A stretch of DNA of 64,000 bases from Candidatus Binatia bacterium (GCA_963666315.2 CAXXHG010000043.1:448001-512000); one strand, 5' to 3'; shown: positions 50,739 to 60,798, numbered from the stretch's first letter. A program made the numbers and translations. The notes: generated by a model from the sequence alone, not told the origin.

Positions 50739-50870
50739 GGCCCCCTCACAAAAAGCGCGCTCTATTTGTGTAGTACAATCAGCTCTCCCACTGTATCCTT
50801 ATTTCCGTTGCGATAACGAATAGCAATATTCTGACAGAAATTGAGGTCTGACTTTTCTGAAGGAATCTAT

Positions 50871-52499
50871 TTATCGCATCTCAAACCCCTCATAGCCGCT
50901 GGCGGCTACCTCCGCGCACTTCTTCCGATATTCTCGGGCGCTGTTGGCATAGAGGAGGACGGCGCGTTTCTTGCCGGGAATATTCGACCCCATAAACCAG
51001 GAATCCGCAGCGCTCAATATCGTACCTGCGGCCAACTCGTTGGAGTGCTGCACCCAGGCCTCTTCCGCTTCCAGGGTGGGCGCGATGCAGGCCAAGTTCT
51101 TCTCGCGCAGGTGGCCGATGCAATCCGCAATCCATTCCACGACCATCTCGGCGCAGACGGTGTAGTTACATAACGCCGAGTTCATGCCAATAAAGAAATT
51201 CGGGAAGCCGGCAGTTTGAAGGCCCAGGTAGCTACGCGGCCCATCAGCCCATTTGTCCTTAAACGTCTGCCCACCTTCGCCCCGAATATCGATCCGAGTT
51301 AACGGCCCAGACACCGCGTCAAAACCCGTTGCATAGACGATGATGTCGAATCCGTACTCGGCATCCTGAGTCTTTATGCCCTTGGGAGTGATACGTTCGA
51401 TCGGCGTTTTACGGACGTCGACCAACTGGACATTGTCCCGGTTGTAGGCTTCGTAATACTCGGTCTCCAGGGGGATGCGCTTGGAACCGAAGGGATGATC
51501 CTTGGGGGCCAGCATTTCAGCCACCACCGGATCGTTGACACGCGCGCGGATCTTGTTGCGGACGAACTCGGCAAAGGTCTCGTTGGCCTCCATATTGGTC
51601 ATAATGTCGTGGAAATTGCCCAGCCATTTCTTAAAACCGGGGAGCGCCCACAACTCCTCGTACCGTGCCAGCCGTTCTTCCTCGGAGACCTCCAGAGCAG
51701 AGCGTGCGTCGAAGTCATAGTTAAAGCCGACCGGGCTTTCGCGGCATCTCTTGTGGATTTCCGGGATAGCTGGCCTTCCACTGGCGCTGGGCCTCCGGGG
51801 TGACTTCCGAATTCCTCAACGGCGCGCAGTAGTTCGGCGTGCGCTGGAAGACGGTCATATGGCCGACTTCCTTGGCCACGATCGGGATGAGTTGGACCGC
51901 CGTGGCGCCCGTGCCGATGACGCCCACTCGCTTACCGTTGAAGTCCACCTTTTCCTTCGGCCAGCGGGAGGTGTGAAACGATTCGCCTGCGAAGCTGTCG
52001 ATCCCTTCAAATGGAGGCGTGTATACTTCGCGGACAGGATGCCGACCGCGCCTATGAGAAATTGTGCCCGCACTCGCTGGCCATTTTCGATCTGGATCTC
52101 CCACTGATGCTCGTCCTCGTCGTAGACCGCCGAGCTGACGCGAGAATTGAGCTGGATATCCTTGCGCAGATCGAACTTATCGGCGACATAGTTGAGGTAG
52201 CGCTCGTTCTCCGGCTGGCCGGAGAAGTGCTCTTTCCAGTCCCATTCTTGCAGCAGTTCCTCCGAGAAGGAGTAGCCGTAGGTTTCACTCTCGGAATCGA
52301 AGCGGCACCCTGGGTAGCGGTTCCAATACCAGGTACCGCCTACGCCCCAAGCGTCCTCAAAGACCCGCACCGAAAGCTCCATCTTCCGCAGACGGTACAG
52401 TTGATATAAGCCCACCACCCCGGCGCCGATAATGAACGCGTCAAACTGCTCGACCAGTCCCGTACCGACCGTTTGCGTATTCTGTGTAGAATTGGCCAC
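50871..52499 (-). pseudogene. Baeyer-Villiger monooxygenase (cyclohexanone monooxygenase-like), frameshifted
   Basis: GAG..G, GGTWYWNRYPG, FAGESFHTSRW fingerprint, GTGATAVQ, ATGFD; frame breaks near 52020 and 51765. Confidence 0.9.
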
Positions 52500-52589
52500 A
52501 TCTTCCCCCTTTTCTGACTCTCAATTTTTATCAAATCTGTGTGATTTTGACGACCCAATAGTATGTGTTGTTCTGGAAGCTGATAGACC

Positions 52590-53579
52590 TCAGCCTTTTT
52601 GCAAAACCTCTGGATTGACCGGCGTTGGCGGACGCTGGCCGCTGAGAAAGGTGGCGATATTGTCCGCCGCCAGGGCGGCCATGCGCGTCCGGGTGGCAAT
52701 ACTGGCGCTGCCAACGTGGGGAACAACAAGGCAGTTGTATAGGCTGAGCAAAGGATCGTCCGCGGGAAGCGGGTCTGGGTCAGTCACATTGAGCGCGGCA
52801 CCCGCAATCTCATTGTCTCGCAAGGCTTCATACAGGGCTAGAGAATCGACAATTGTTCCACGTGCGACGTTAATGAGAAAGGCCGTTGGCTTCATCTTTT
52901 TGAGCTGAGGTGTGGAGATGAGCTGGCGTGTTTCTGGACTGAGCGGAACAAGAACGACCACAAAGTCAGACGCGCTGAGTAGCGTGTGCATATCTACGCG
53001 TTCACACCCGAACTGCTCTTCGGCACCTTTGTTCTGACTGCGATTATGATACAGCACGCGCATGTCAAAACCTTGAGCACGCTTGGCGACTTCTACGCCG
53101 ATCCGTCCAAGACCAATAATCCCCAACGTCGCGTGGTGAACATCCGCCCCAAGAAAGGCAAACGGACTCCAGGCTGGCCACTGGCCGGATCGAACCCGGC
53201 GCTCGCCTTCGCCTAATCGGCGTGCGATACCGAGCATAAGCGCAAAGGTGAGGTCAGCCGTGGTTTCGGTCAGAACGCCTGGTGTATTGGTCAGCACAAC
53301 GCCTCTTCTGGTGAGCGCGGGAACGTCTATATTGTCATAGCCTACGGCCATGTTTGCCACGATCCTGAGCTGCGGAGCGTGGTCGAGCAGCTCGTCATCA
53401 ATGCGCTCACTGACCATGCCCAGCAGTGCGTTTGTGTTTGTGATCTCTTGCAACAGCGTCTCGCGTGGGACGGGAGTATCAGATTCCCAGACGTGCAGAT
53501 CTCCGCAGGTCCGTAAGGGGGCCAGCGCTTCTTCAGGAAGCCGGCGGGTGACATAGATTTTTGGAGGTTTCTGGGCCAT
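52590..53579 (-). CDS. D-glycerate dehydrogenase / glyoxylate reductase family
   Basis: AVGYDNID, TNTPGVL, G.GRIG, IN.ARG, PHVGS; LDV..PEP motif appears as LNVTDPDP. Confidence 0.9.
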   Translation of the reverse strand: MAQKPPKIYVTRRLPEEALAPLRTCGDLHVWESDTPVPRETLLQEITNTNALLGMVSERIDDELLDHAPQLRIVANMAVGYDNIDVPALTRRGVVLTNTPGVLTETTADLTFALMLGIARRLGEGERRVRSGQWPAWSPFAFLGADVHHATLGIIGLGRIGVEVAKRAQGFDMRVLYHNRSQNKGAEEQFGCERVDMHTLLSASDFVVVLVPLSPETRQLISTPQLKKMKPTAFLINVARGTIVDSLALYEALRDNEIAGAALNVTDPDPLPADDPLLSLYNCLVVPHVGSASIATRTRMAALAADNIATFLSGQRPPTPVNPEVLQKG

Positions 53580-53716
53580 GAGTAATACTCTCTGTACGTT
53601 GACTTACTAGTTGACCTTACCGATGAATAATTGTCTGAATGTGCAAGAGAGGGTGGCATAAGCGCGATTGAAATACTAGATTAGAGGCGAAACACAAAGT
53701 AACGAGGAGTCAAATA

Positions 53717-54106
53717 ATGGACCAACCCTCAGAAAAAAGTATTAAACGCATGCGCATCTATGTAGAGAAATACATGCAGAAAACCGGCACCTCAGGCCAC
53801 CCGGATAACGAAGTGACCGAAGCCGTCATTCTGGGCCTGGCCAATAATATCGACGAAGTGGGCCGCCCGCTGTGTCCGTGTAATTTTTATCCTGACAAAA
53901 AAGCCGAAGTCGAGCGTAGTCGCGAATGGATGTGCGCCTGCGATGAGATGAAAAAGTGGAAGTATTGCCACTGTCTGCTCTTTGTGACTCCAGAGGGCAT
54001 GCCTATCACCGAATACCTGCCCGAAGACCACGAAGGCCGACAAAGTTACGGCCTCGTCAAAGACCCCACACCGGACAAAGGGCGAGAGTTGAAAGATAAG
54101 GCATAA
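53717..54106 (+). CDS. Ferredoxin-thioredoxin reductase catalytic (beta) subunit
   Basis: LCPC, CAC, CHC triad; VI.GLA...G.PLCPC. Confidence 0.92.
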   Translation: MDQPSEKSIKRMRIYVEKYMQKTGTSGHPDNEVTEAVILGLANNIDEVGRPLCPCNFYPDKKAEVERSREWMCACDEMKKWKYCHCLLFVTPEGMPITEYLPEDHEGRQSYGLVKDPTPDKGRELKDKA

Positions 54107-54150
54107 GAGGAGCCTCAAGCGTTTAGTCCTAAGCTTTTCAAATACTGGTA

Positions 54151-54179
54151 AGGTCAGCCCGTGTGGCTGCCCTTTTTTT
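54151..54179 (+). terminator. Intrinsic terminator
   Basis: CAGCC-CGTGT-GGCTG stem followed by T7. Confidence 0.65.
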
Positions 54180-54257
54180 GTTTCTTCTTCAACCTTGCAC
54201 CTCAGAGACTGCCTGGTGTAGCATGCCTCCGAATCTCAAAAGAGGGAGGAAACGAAA

Positions 54258-55142
54258 ATGCAAACTGGATACTTTGCCATTGGCATTGGCCCGGCTGCGG
54301 ACCCCGAGGTCGTGAGTGTCACCGCTCAGACAGCTGAGCAATCGGGCTTTCATTCGTTATGGGCGCCGGAACACGTGGTGTTACTCGACCAGTACAGCTC
54401 GAAATACCCGTATTCAGCTGACGGTCGGATGCCTATGCCAACGACCCAGGTCGATATCCTGGATCCATTTACGGCTCTCACGTTTGCCGCAGCGCAGACG
54501 AAAACTATACGCTTGGGAACCGGCATTTGCCTCGTACCCGAGCGCAACCCTGTTATCACGGCGAAAGAGGTCGCCAGTCTGGACAAACTCTCAGGCGGCC
54601 GGTTTGATTTCGGCATAGGCGTAGGCTGGCTGGCGGAAGAGTTCTCCGCGGTCGGCGTACCTTGGGAACGACGTGCGGCGCGTACGCGTGAATATATCAA
54701 GGTTATGAAAATGCTGTGGACGGAAGAAGAGTCCGAGTTCGAGGGTGAGTTCTGTAGCTTTCCCAAAGTACGCTCCTACCCGAAACCAGTTCAGAACCCG
54801 CACCCGCCGATTATCTTTGGTGGAGAGAGCAAACCGGCCCTCAAACGTGTAGGAGAAGTAGGCGATGGCTGGTTTGGGGTGAATGTCACGCCTGAATCAG
54901 TAACAGAACATATTGCCCGGATAAAAAATTATGCCCAAGCCGCAGGCCGTGATCCGGACAAGTTCCATTTTTCTGTATCTCCAGGTATTGGCACACCAGT
55001 CGAGCTTGATATGGTCAAGCGCTTCCGTGATGTCGGCGTCCACCAGATCATTATTGGTGGGGTTGCGTCCGATCCAAAGGCGATTAAAGGCGATATCGAG
55101 AAACTGGCCGAAAAGATTACCGTACCCGCCGCAAGTCTCTAA
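54258..55142 (+). CDS. Luciferase-like (LLM) oxidoreductase, probable F420-dependent type
   Basis: AE..GF.SLW..EH, LDP...L..AA..T..IRLGT, LD.LSGGR..FG.G.GW..EE, PKP.Q.P.PPI..GG. Confidence 0.9.
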   Translation: MQTGYFAIGIGPAADPEVVSVTAQTAEQSGFHSLWAPEHVVLLDQYSSKYPYSADGRMPMPTTQVDILDPFTALTFAAAQTKTIRLGTGICLVPERNPVITAKEVASLDKLSGGRFDFGIGVGWLAEEFSAVGVPWERRAARTREYIKVMKMLWTEEESEFEGEFCSFPKVRSYPKPVQNPHPPIIFGGESKPALKRVGEVGDGWFGVNVTPESVTEHIARIKNYAQAAGRDPDKFHFSVSPGIGTPVELDMVKRFRDVGVHQIIIGGVASDPKAIKGDIEKLAEKITVPAASL

Positions 55143-55214
55143 TTCTGCACAAGGTTGAGCGCAGAGACGTGCGCCCATGACCTTACTGGGATAGATTTTG
55201 AGAGGAGAAGTGCT

Positions 55215-55871
55215 GTGACTCGACTCTACGGTGAGCAACACCGAGCTCTGCAGGATCAGTTTGAAACACGTAAACTGGCGGACCGTGTGGAAGAGGCTGT
55301 GCTGCAGTCGGAAGTCTCTGGTGAGAACCAGACCTTCATTGAGTCACGGGACATGTTTTTTCTCTCAACCGTTGATCATCAAGGCCGGCCGACTGTGTCG
55401 TATAAGGGCGGAGATCCAGGGTTTGTAAAGGTTGTGGACGAAAAGACGGTCGTATTTCCGAGCTATGACGGCAATGGAATGTTTTTTTCAATGGGCAATA
55501 TTGCTGGAAATCCGCATATCGGCATGTTGTTCGTCGATTTCGAGACTCCCAACCGCCTCCGCCTCCAAGGCACAGCGTCTGTTTCAGCGGATGATCCCTT
55601 GATCGCAGCATATAAGGAAGCCGAGCTTATCGTCCGCGTGCATGTTTCTGAAATCTGGACCAACTGTCCGCGCTACGTCCACCACTACCAAAAGGTCGAT
55701 CCCTCACGTTATGTTCCTAGAGCGGCAGGTGAAACGCCACTCGCAGAATGGAAGCGCATTGATATGCTGCAAGACGCGTTGCCGCCAAAAGATCACGGCC
55801 GGATAGAAAAGGCCGGCGGCACCATCTCGATGCAGGAATGGGCAGACAAAGCCAAAGCGGGTAACGGCTAA
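55215..55871 (+). CDS. Pyridoxamine 5'-phosphate oxidase-like flavin-binding protein
   Basis: FFLST....G.P.VSYKGG.PGFV, FP.YDGNG...S.GNI..NP.IG.LF.DF, NCPRY; GTG start after GAGGAG. Confidence 0.88.
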   Translation: MTRLYGEQHRALQDQFETRKLADRVEEAVLQSEVSGENQTFIESRDMFFLSTVDHQGRPTVSYKGGDPGFVKVVDEKTVVFPSYDGNGMFFSMGNIAGNPHIGMLFVDFETPNRLRLQGTASVSADDPLIAAYKEAELIVRVHVSEIWTNCPRYVHHYQKVDPSRYVPRAAGETPLAEWKRIDMLQDALPPKDHGRIEKAGGTISMQEWADKAKAGNG

Positions 55872-55915
55872 CCCTCGTACGTGGGTGACCGCCGAAGAGC
55901 CGTCACGCTATATGC

Positions 55916-55942
55916 GTAGGGGCGAGGTTACCTCGCCCCTAC
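55916..55942. repeat. REP-like palindrome GTAGGGGCGAGG-TTA-CCTCGCCCCTAC
   Basis: 12-bp perfect inverted repeat starting GTAG between convergent genes. Confidence 0.8.
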
Positions 55943-55974
55943 GGGTGTCCCGCTTCGAGATCGAGGGGACGCTC

Positions 55975-57108
55975 CTAAGCCTGCGCCTGCGCGCTCGCCG
56001 CAGCAAACTCGGCTTGCTCTTTAGGAAGCTGGAAGGCCGGATCATTTTGGATTACCGGCAGGACTTTCTCGGCAAAGAGCTGGAAACTACGGTTCAGTTG
56101 CGGAGCCGGCAGGCCACCAAAGGCAAAGGTACCGACCATGTGATCGAGTGCGACCGTTTTGTGAATATAACGGATTTTTTCAAGCACCTGCTCTGCAGTG
56201 CCGGCAGCGTGCAGGCCACGAAAGAACTCGACCGCCTTGGCCTTGACCTGTTCATCCGCATTGAGTTTGGCGAAGGTTTTCGCCATCTTGCCGTAAAACT
56301 CGTAGCCCTTGACGTTCTTCAGCTTACCAGAGGAAAAGCCATAGTGGTTTTCAATGGAATCGAACAGCGTGCCCATATACTGCTGAGCCAGATCCTCTGC
56401 TTCTTGCGCATCGTCAGCCACCAATACGTTGAAGAGTCCAATTGGCGGACGGGGCGTAATGCCGTTAGCCTGCGCTGTATCGACATAGCGTTGGTAATCC
56501 ACGGCCGTGTCTTCCCAGCTACGCTGGGAGATGATCAGCACCCCAAAGCCCATCTTGGCCATAATGTCAGCCGACTCCGGGCTCACCGAGGATGCATAAA
56601 AACGCTGCTCGGGATGAGAAATCGGGCGCGGGCGGATCTGCATTTCCGGGATCTGGTAATATTTGCCCTCATACGAAAAGCTTTCCTGGGTTAAGCCCCT
56701 ACGGATGATGTCCGCGCATTCAACAAAGCGTGCGCGCGACTCGTCCATGGGAATCCGGAAACCCTCGTATTCAACTATGGCTGCGCCCCGCCCAAAACCG
56801 AAAATGGTGCGGCCGCCCGACACCAGGTCTAGCAGCGCAATTTTCTCTGCCACTTCGACTGGATCGTGCCACGGCAGCACGATCACAGCGGTACCGAGTT
56901 GAATCTTTTTCGTGCGGCCAGCCATATAGGTCAGCAACTGACATGGGTCGGGTGACATCACATAGCCGGTGAAATGGTGGTCGAGACTCCACAGCGAGTC
57001 AAAGCCATAGCCTTCTGCTTTGTCGGCAATCGACAGTTCTTCTTGATAAGTCTGAAGATCAGGCTTGCCTCCAAAACTGGTCAATTGCATTATCGTGCCT
57101 ACTTTCAT
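55975..57108 (-). CDS. LLM class flavin-dependent oxidoreductase
   Basis: AE..GFD..W..DHHF, LGTAV.VLPW.DP, LD..SGGR..FG.GRG. Confidence 0.92.
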   Translation of the reverse strand: MKVGTIMQLTSFGGKPDLQTYQEELSIADKAEGYGFDSLWSLDHHFTGYVMSPDPCQLLTYMAGRTKKIQLGTAVIVLPWHDPVEVAEKIALLDLVSGGRTIFGFGRGAAIVEYEGFRIPMDESRARFVECADIIRRGLTQESFSYEGKYYQIPEMQIRPRPISHPEQRFYASSVSPESADIMAKMGFGVLIISQRSWEDTAVDYQRYVDTAQANGITPRPPIGLFNVLVADDAQEAEDLAQQYMGTLFDSIENHYGFSSGKLKNVKGYEFYGKMAKTFAKLNADEQVKAKAVEFFRGLHAAGTAEQVLEKIRYIHKTVALDHMVGTFAFGGLPAPQLNRSFQLFAEKVLPVIQNDPAFQLPKEQAEFAAASAQAQA

Positions 57109-57195
57109 AACAACCCTCCTTGGTTCTCCCTTGGTCAAATTCGGGACCTATTGTAGAAGAGTAAGGCCAATTACACAAACGGTAGGATAAAAAGA

Positions 57196-57255
57196 TTCAA
57201 GGTTCAAAGTTTAAGGTTCAAGTCTCCTGCCCCCAGCCCCTAATCCCTAACCCCT
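57196..57255. repeat. Intergenic heptamer tandem repeats (TTCAAGG and CCCCTAA types)
   Basis: TTCAAGG TTCAAAG TTTAAGG TTCAAG and CCCCAG CCCCTAA TCCCTAA CCCCTG. Confidence 0.6.
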
Positions 57256-57337
57256 GCGGCCTTCCCCTTGGCTTTGAACATTTCCCCTCTTTCTGTTACA
57301 GGATCGAATCAATTCCCTGAAAGCAGAAGGAAAACCT

Positions 57338-58540
57338 ATGGTAATAGATTCATTACTCATCGATTGTGACGGACATATTCTCGAACCGCCTGATCTGTGG
57401 GAGCAGTATATTGATCCGCAATATCGTGATCGTGCCCTGCGCATCCGCGTCGATAAGAATGACGGGTATGAGTATATTGAGATTGATGGCAAGCGATCCA
57501 AACTCACGCGTCCGGGTACCCTCGGCACCTTGGGCGGCATGGGCAAGCAGGTGAATGAGGCCACCCAGCTGCGCGAGCGAGCTATGCGGGGTGAAATAAA
57601 ACCCGAAGAGGTGCGGGCGCTGCTACCAGGACCGGAGCAGACATATCTGAAGGGGGCCGCTTTCGGCACTATGGATATGAAAGAGCGGATAGAGCTGCTT
57701 GATCGTGAGGAGATGGCAAAATCAATCCTGTATCCCACGATAGGCCTGCTATGGGAGGCCGAGTTGTTTGATCCCGAACTGTCTGCAGCCTATTGCCGGG
57801 CGTATAACCGTTGGATTGCCGACTTCTGTCGTGACTCAGGCGGACGGCTGATCCCTATCGCACATCTTTCGCTTGGTGATCCGGCTGAGGCAGCGCGTGA
57901 ACTCGAACGTGCGGTTAAGGACGGCTGCAAGGGGGCCTTTGTGAGTCCGTTTACGATCTCACGTATCCCGCACGGCGACCCGCGCCATGACGCAGTGTTT
58001 GCAGTAGCCCAAGACCTGGACGTGCCTCTCGGCATTCATCCCACGTTTGAGCCGCCCGAATGGGGCATACACCAGCGCTACGATAAATTTGGTTGGGCTA
58101 TGTGGTACGTCGACCTCTTCGCCGGCCAGGGTGTACAACACGCCTTCGGTACATTTTTTCAGCTCGGGGTCTTTGACCGTTTCCCGCGCTTGCGAGTCGT
58201 AGTGCTGGAATCACAAGCCGGCTGGATCGGCTACTTCCTGGATCGTGCTGATGCGATTTTCAGCGGTACGACGCTCGGTGCGACCGTTCGCCTGAAAGAA
58301 AAACCGTCGTACTATTTTCAACGCCAGTGTTATATTTCTGCCGACCCTGGAGAACGGACCATCGCTTCCCTGACGAGCCTGGTCGGTGAGGACAAATTCT
58401 TCTGGGCCAGCGATTATCCGCATCCCGACCATCCGGACAATTATCTCGAAGAGTTGCAGAAGATGATTGCTCCTATGAATGATACCGCCCGGCGCGGTAT
58501 TCTGGGCGAGAATGTTGCCAAAGCCTATAAGCTGAACTGA
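57338..58540 (+). CDS. Amidohydrolase_2 family metal-dependent hydrolase/decarboxylase
   Basis: D.DGH..EP, LYPT, AYNRW..DFC, IH, GVFDRFP.L.....E...GW, WASDYPH.D. Confidence 0.93.
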   Translation: MVIDSLLIDCDGHILEPPDLWEQYIDPQYRDRALRIRVDKNDGYEYIEIDGKRSKLTRPGTLGTLGGMGKQVNEATQLRERAMRGEIKPEEVRALLPGPEQTYLKGAAFGTMDMKERIELLDREEMAKSILYPTIGLLWEAELFDPELSAAYCRAYNRWIADFCRDSGGRLIPIAHLSLGDPAEAARELERAVKDGCKGAFVSPFTISRIPHGDPRHDAVFAVAQDLDVPLGIHPTFEPPEWGIHQRYDKFGWAMWYVDLFAGQGVQHAFGTFFQLGVFDRFPRLRVVVLESQAGWIGYFLDRADAIFSGTTLGATVRLKEKPSYYFQRQCYISADPGERTIASLTSLVGEDKFFWASDYPHPDHPDNYLEELQKMIAPMNDTARRGILGENVAKAYKLN

Positions 58541-58565
58541 ATCAAAGGAGGTATAAGGAGACAGT

Positions 58566-59720
58566 ATGGCCGACCAAGACATTAAGAGGGCCGTGCAGGA
58601 TATTGAGTGTCCGGTGGTTGAGCAGCCTGCCTTCACTACCCCACCTCCTCTGGAAGAAGCGACGGTGGCCATCGTTACCTCGGCGTCGCTGCACCATCCC
58701 GACCAGGATGACTTCGCCCCGAAAGATACCAGCTACCGGGTGCTCGACGCGTCGCGGCGCGACTATCTTGTTGGCCACTGGAGCCCCAACTTTGACACGG
58801 CAGGTGTTGCCGCCGATCTGAACGTTGTGTTTCCCCTCGACCGGCTAGATGAGCTCGCTGCCCAAGGACGTATCGGCAAAGTTGCCGACCAACACTTAGC
58901 CTTTGCCGGTAACCAATTTGACCTGGCTCAGATTCGGATGGACGGTGGCCCTGCAGGTGCGGCGTTTCTCAAAGAACAGGGCGTTGACGTAGTGCTGCTC
59001 ACCCCAGTCTGACCGCTGTGCACGCGTACCGTGTGTACGCTGGCGCATATCTTTGAGGCAGCTGGAATGGCGACGGTAGCCCTTGGTTCGATCCGCCAAC
59101 AAATGATCGGTACTGCGCCACCGCGCGGGTTGGCGTGTGACTTTCCGTTGGGGCGTCCCATCGGTAAACCCAATGACGCGGAGTTCCAGCACAAGGTGCT
59201 CGCCCACGCGTTCTCCATGCTGAAGCGAACCGAGCCAGGTGTCGAAGATTTTCCCGAATCCATTCCAGACGAAGGAACTGAAATGCTCGTATGTCCACTT
59301 CCACCCAGGCACGATCCTGATGCCCATCCCGCTGTTGATGAGGCACGTGGCCTACGGGTGGCCTACGACCGGGCCATCGAGAAGTACGGTAATCGTGTCG
59401 GGGCCGGTCGAGCTATCAGTGCGGACGATGTCCCATCTGCCATTGAATCGTTTATTCGGATCAGCGAAGGAACGCCGTGGAAAGAAGCCCAGATTCCCGG
59501 CGTTCCAGCCCGCGTCGCCCAGGACATTCGCGGCTACTACGAGACGGCAGCATTGGCCATTGTCGATCATACGCCGGCGGCCTGGGCGGGTCTGCGCTGG
59601 TTTCGTGATGCAACCCAAACAGGCAAAGTTATCCGGGCGGCTCAGCAGGCCATGAAAGATGCCGACGTCCGGCGGGACTTGTGGCTCTTCTTGCTGCCTA
59701 TGGATAGTATGCAGGACTAA
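58566..59720 (+). CDS. PrdB/GrdB-like selenoprotein (Sec at codon 149, UxxC) with C-terminal extension, 384 aa
   Basis: ORFs 58566-59012 and 59031-59720 share a frame, joined by a single TGA in VLLTPV-U-PLC; family motifs VAIVTS, D.SYR, DLN.VFPLDRL.ELA..G.IG, E.AG..TV, PPR...FP.G.P.G. Confidence 0.88.
59017..59047 (+). promoter_or_regulatory. Putative bacterial SECIS element
   Basis: TGTGC-AC-GCGTAC-CGTGT-GTACGC-TG-GCGCA hairpin; apical loop begins 17 nt after UGA with G at loop position 2. Confidence 0.7.
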
Positions 59721-59735
59721 AAGGAAGACACAGAT

Positions 59736-60218
59736 ATGGCTTCTTTCTTATCAATAAATGACCCTGAGTTCTGGAAACACTACCCCGAGGAGCTGAAAGA
59801 CTTGGCCGGGACTCCTCCAGAAGGCATAACCGGACTGGCCTATTTTTTGTTGGGTGACAGGAAAGACAACCCACCGACCGTGGTGACCCTGCGCATGGGG
59901 CCGAACTGGGTCTTGCCTCGACACGCACATGACTGCCATCGCTTTGAAGTCGTAGTACAAGGCAGCCTGGACGTGGGAGATCGGACGCTCAAGCCCGGAG
60001 ACGTGATGATTAGCGAACCAGGCCTCGCCTACGGCCCACATATCGCTGGCCCAGAAGGCTGCACGACTTTTGAGATCTTCAGCAACCACCGCGCCTCGTA
60101 TGTGACCTTCGTTGATACGCCAGAAGGGCGCGTCGAGTGCGACATGTCGACTCCGGAAGGGCTGAAGAAAATGGAGCAGGTCATGCAGCGGGATATGGAG
60201 GCGCAGGCGCAGGCGTAG
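59736..60218 (+). CDS. Cupin domain protein (ChrR-like)
   Basis: PRHAH....EVVVQGS, PGD......G..YGP..AG.EGC. Confidence 0.85.
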   Translation: MASFLSINDPEFWKHYPEELKDLAGTPPEGITGLAYFLLGDRKDNPPTVVTLRMGPNWVLPRHAHDCHRFEVVVQGSLDVGDRTLKPGDVMISEPGLAYGPHIAGPEGCTTFEIFSNHRASYVTFVDTPEGRVECDMSTPEGLKKMEQVMQRDMEAQAQA

Positions 60219-60234
60219 CGGAGACCAGCATAAT

Positions 60235-60270
60235 CCCTTCTCCCTTGAGGGAGAAGGTTAGGATGAGGGG
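60235..60270. repeat. Intergenic hairpin, REP-like or terminator
   Basis: CCTTCTCCC-TTGA-GGGAGAAGG inverted repeat followed by TTAGGATGAGG. Confidence 0.55.
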
Positions 60271-60379
60271 GAATCAGGAAAAACTCCCCCTTCAGCTAAG
60301 AATGGAATAACATAAATTTGGCCCCGACCCCACCCGCCGGCGCGCTGCTCCAATCCTCATCTTGCCTGCTTGAGCCGAG

Positions 60380-60671
60380 TTAGAGCCCCTCGACCAAGAC
60401 GAGATCGCCGCTGGAGCCAGTTTGGCGTAACTTAATAAGCGGGGCGTACTCCGGGTCGTTGTACCACGCTTGTGCCTTCTCCATGGACGGGAACTCAATA
60501 ACGACCCTCACCCTTGATGACGGCGCTGTTCCTTCCTTGACCTCCGTCTTCCCTCCGCGCACCAAATACCGTCCCCCATGCTTCTCCACCAGAGCCTCGA
60601 CCTTCGGGCCATACTCTTCCAACCATGAGGGATCGGCTCACATCTACTGCACCGATAAGATAAGCTGGCAT
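60380..60671 (-). pseudogene. DUF1330 family protein, frameshifted near 60635
   Basis: MPAYLIGAVDV / DPSWLEEY...V..HGGRYLVRGG...EG...VIEFPS...A..WY..PEY; RBS AAGGAGG. Confidence 0.85.
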
Positions 60672-60798
60672 AACTGTGACCTCCTTCGTATTTCCTAAAG
60701 TCTCATCTCGCCTATCGTAGTAGTCGAAGGCGGTAAGTCAATCACAACGAAAGCTTCTCAATGTAAAAAATTGTAAAAGGAGACTGCTTCTCCCGCAC

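Noticed and set aside
55885-56694. Long antisense ORFs (also 39359-40126, 26066-26677, 21752-22369, 31305-31919)
   Set aside because: Shadow frames opposite well-supported genes, with no recognisable motifs or RBS.
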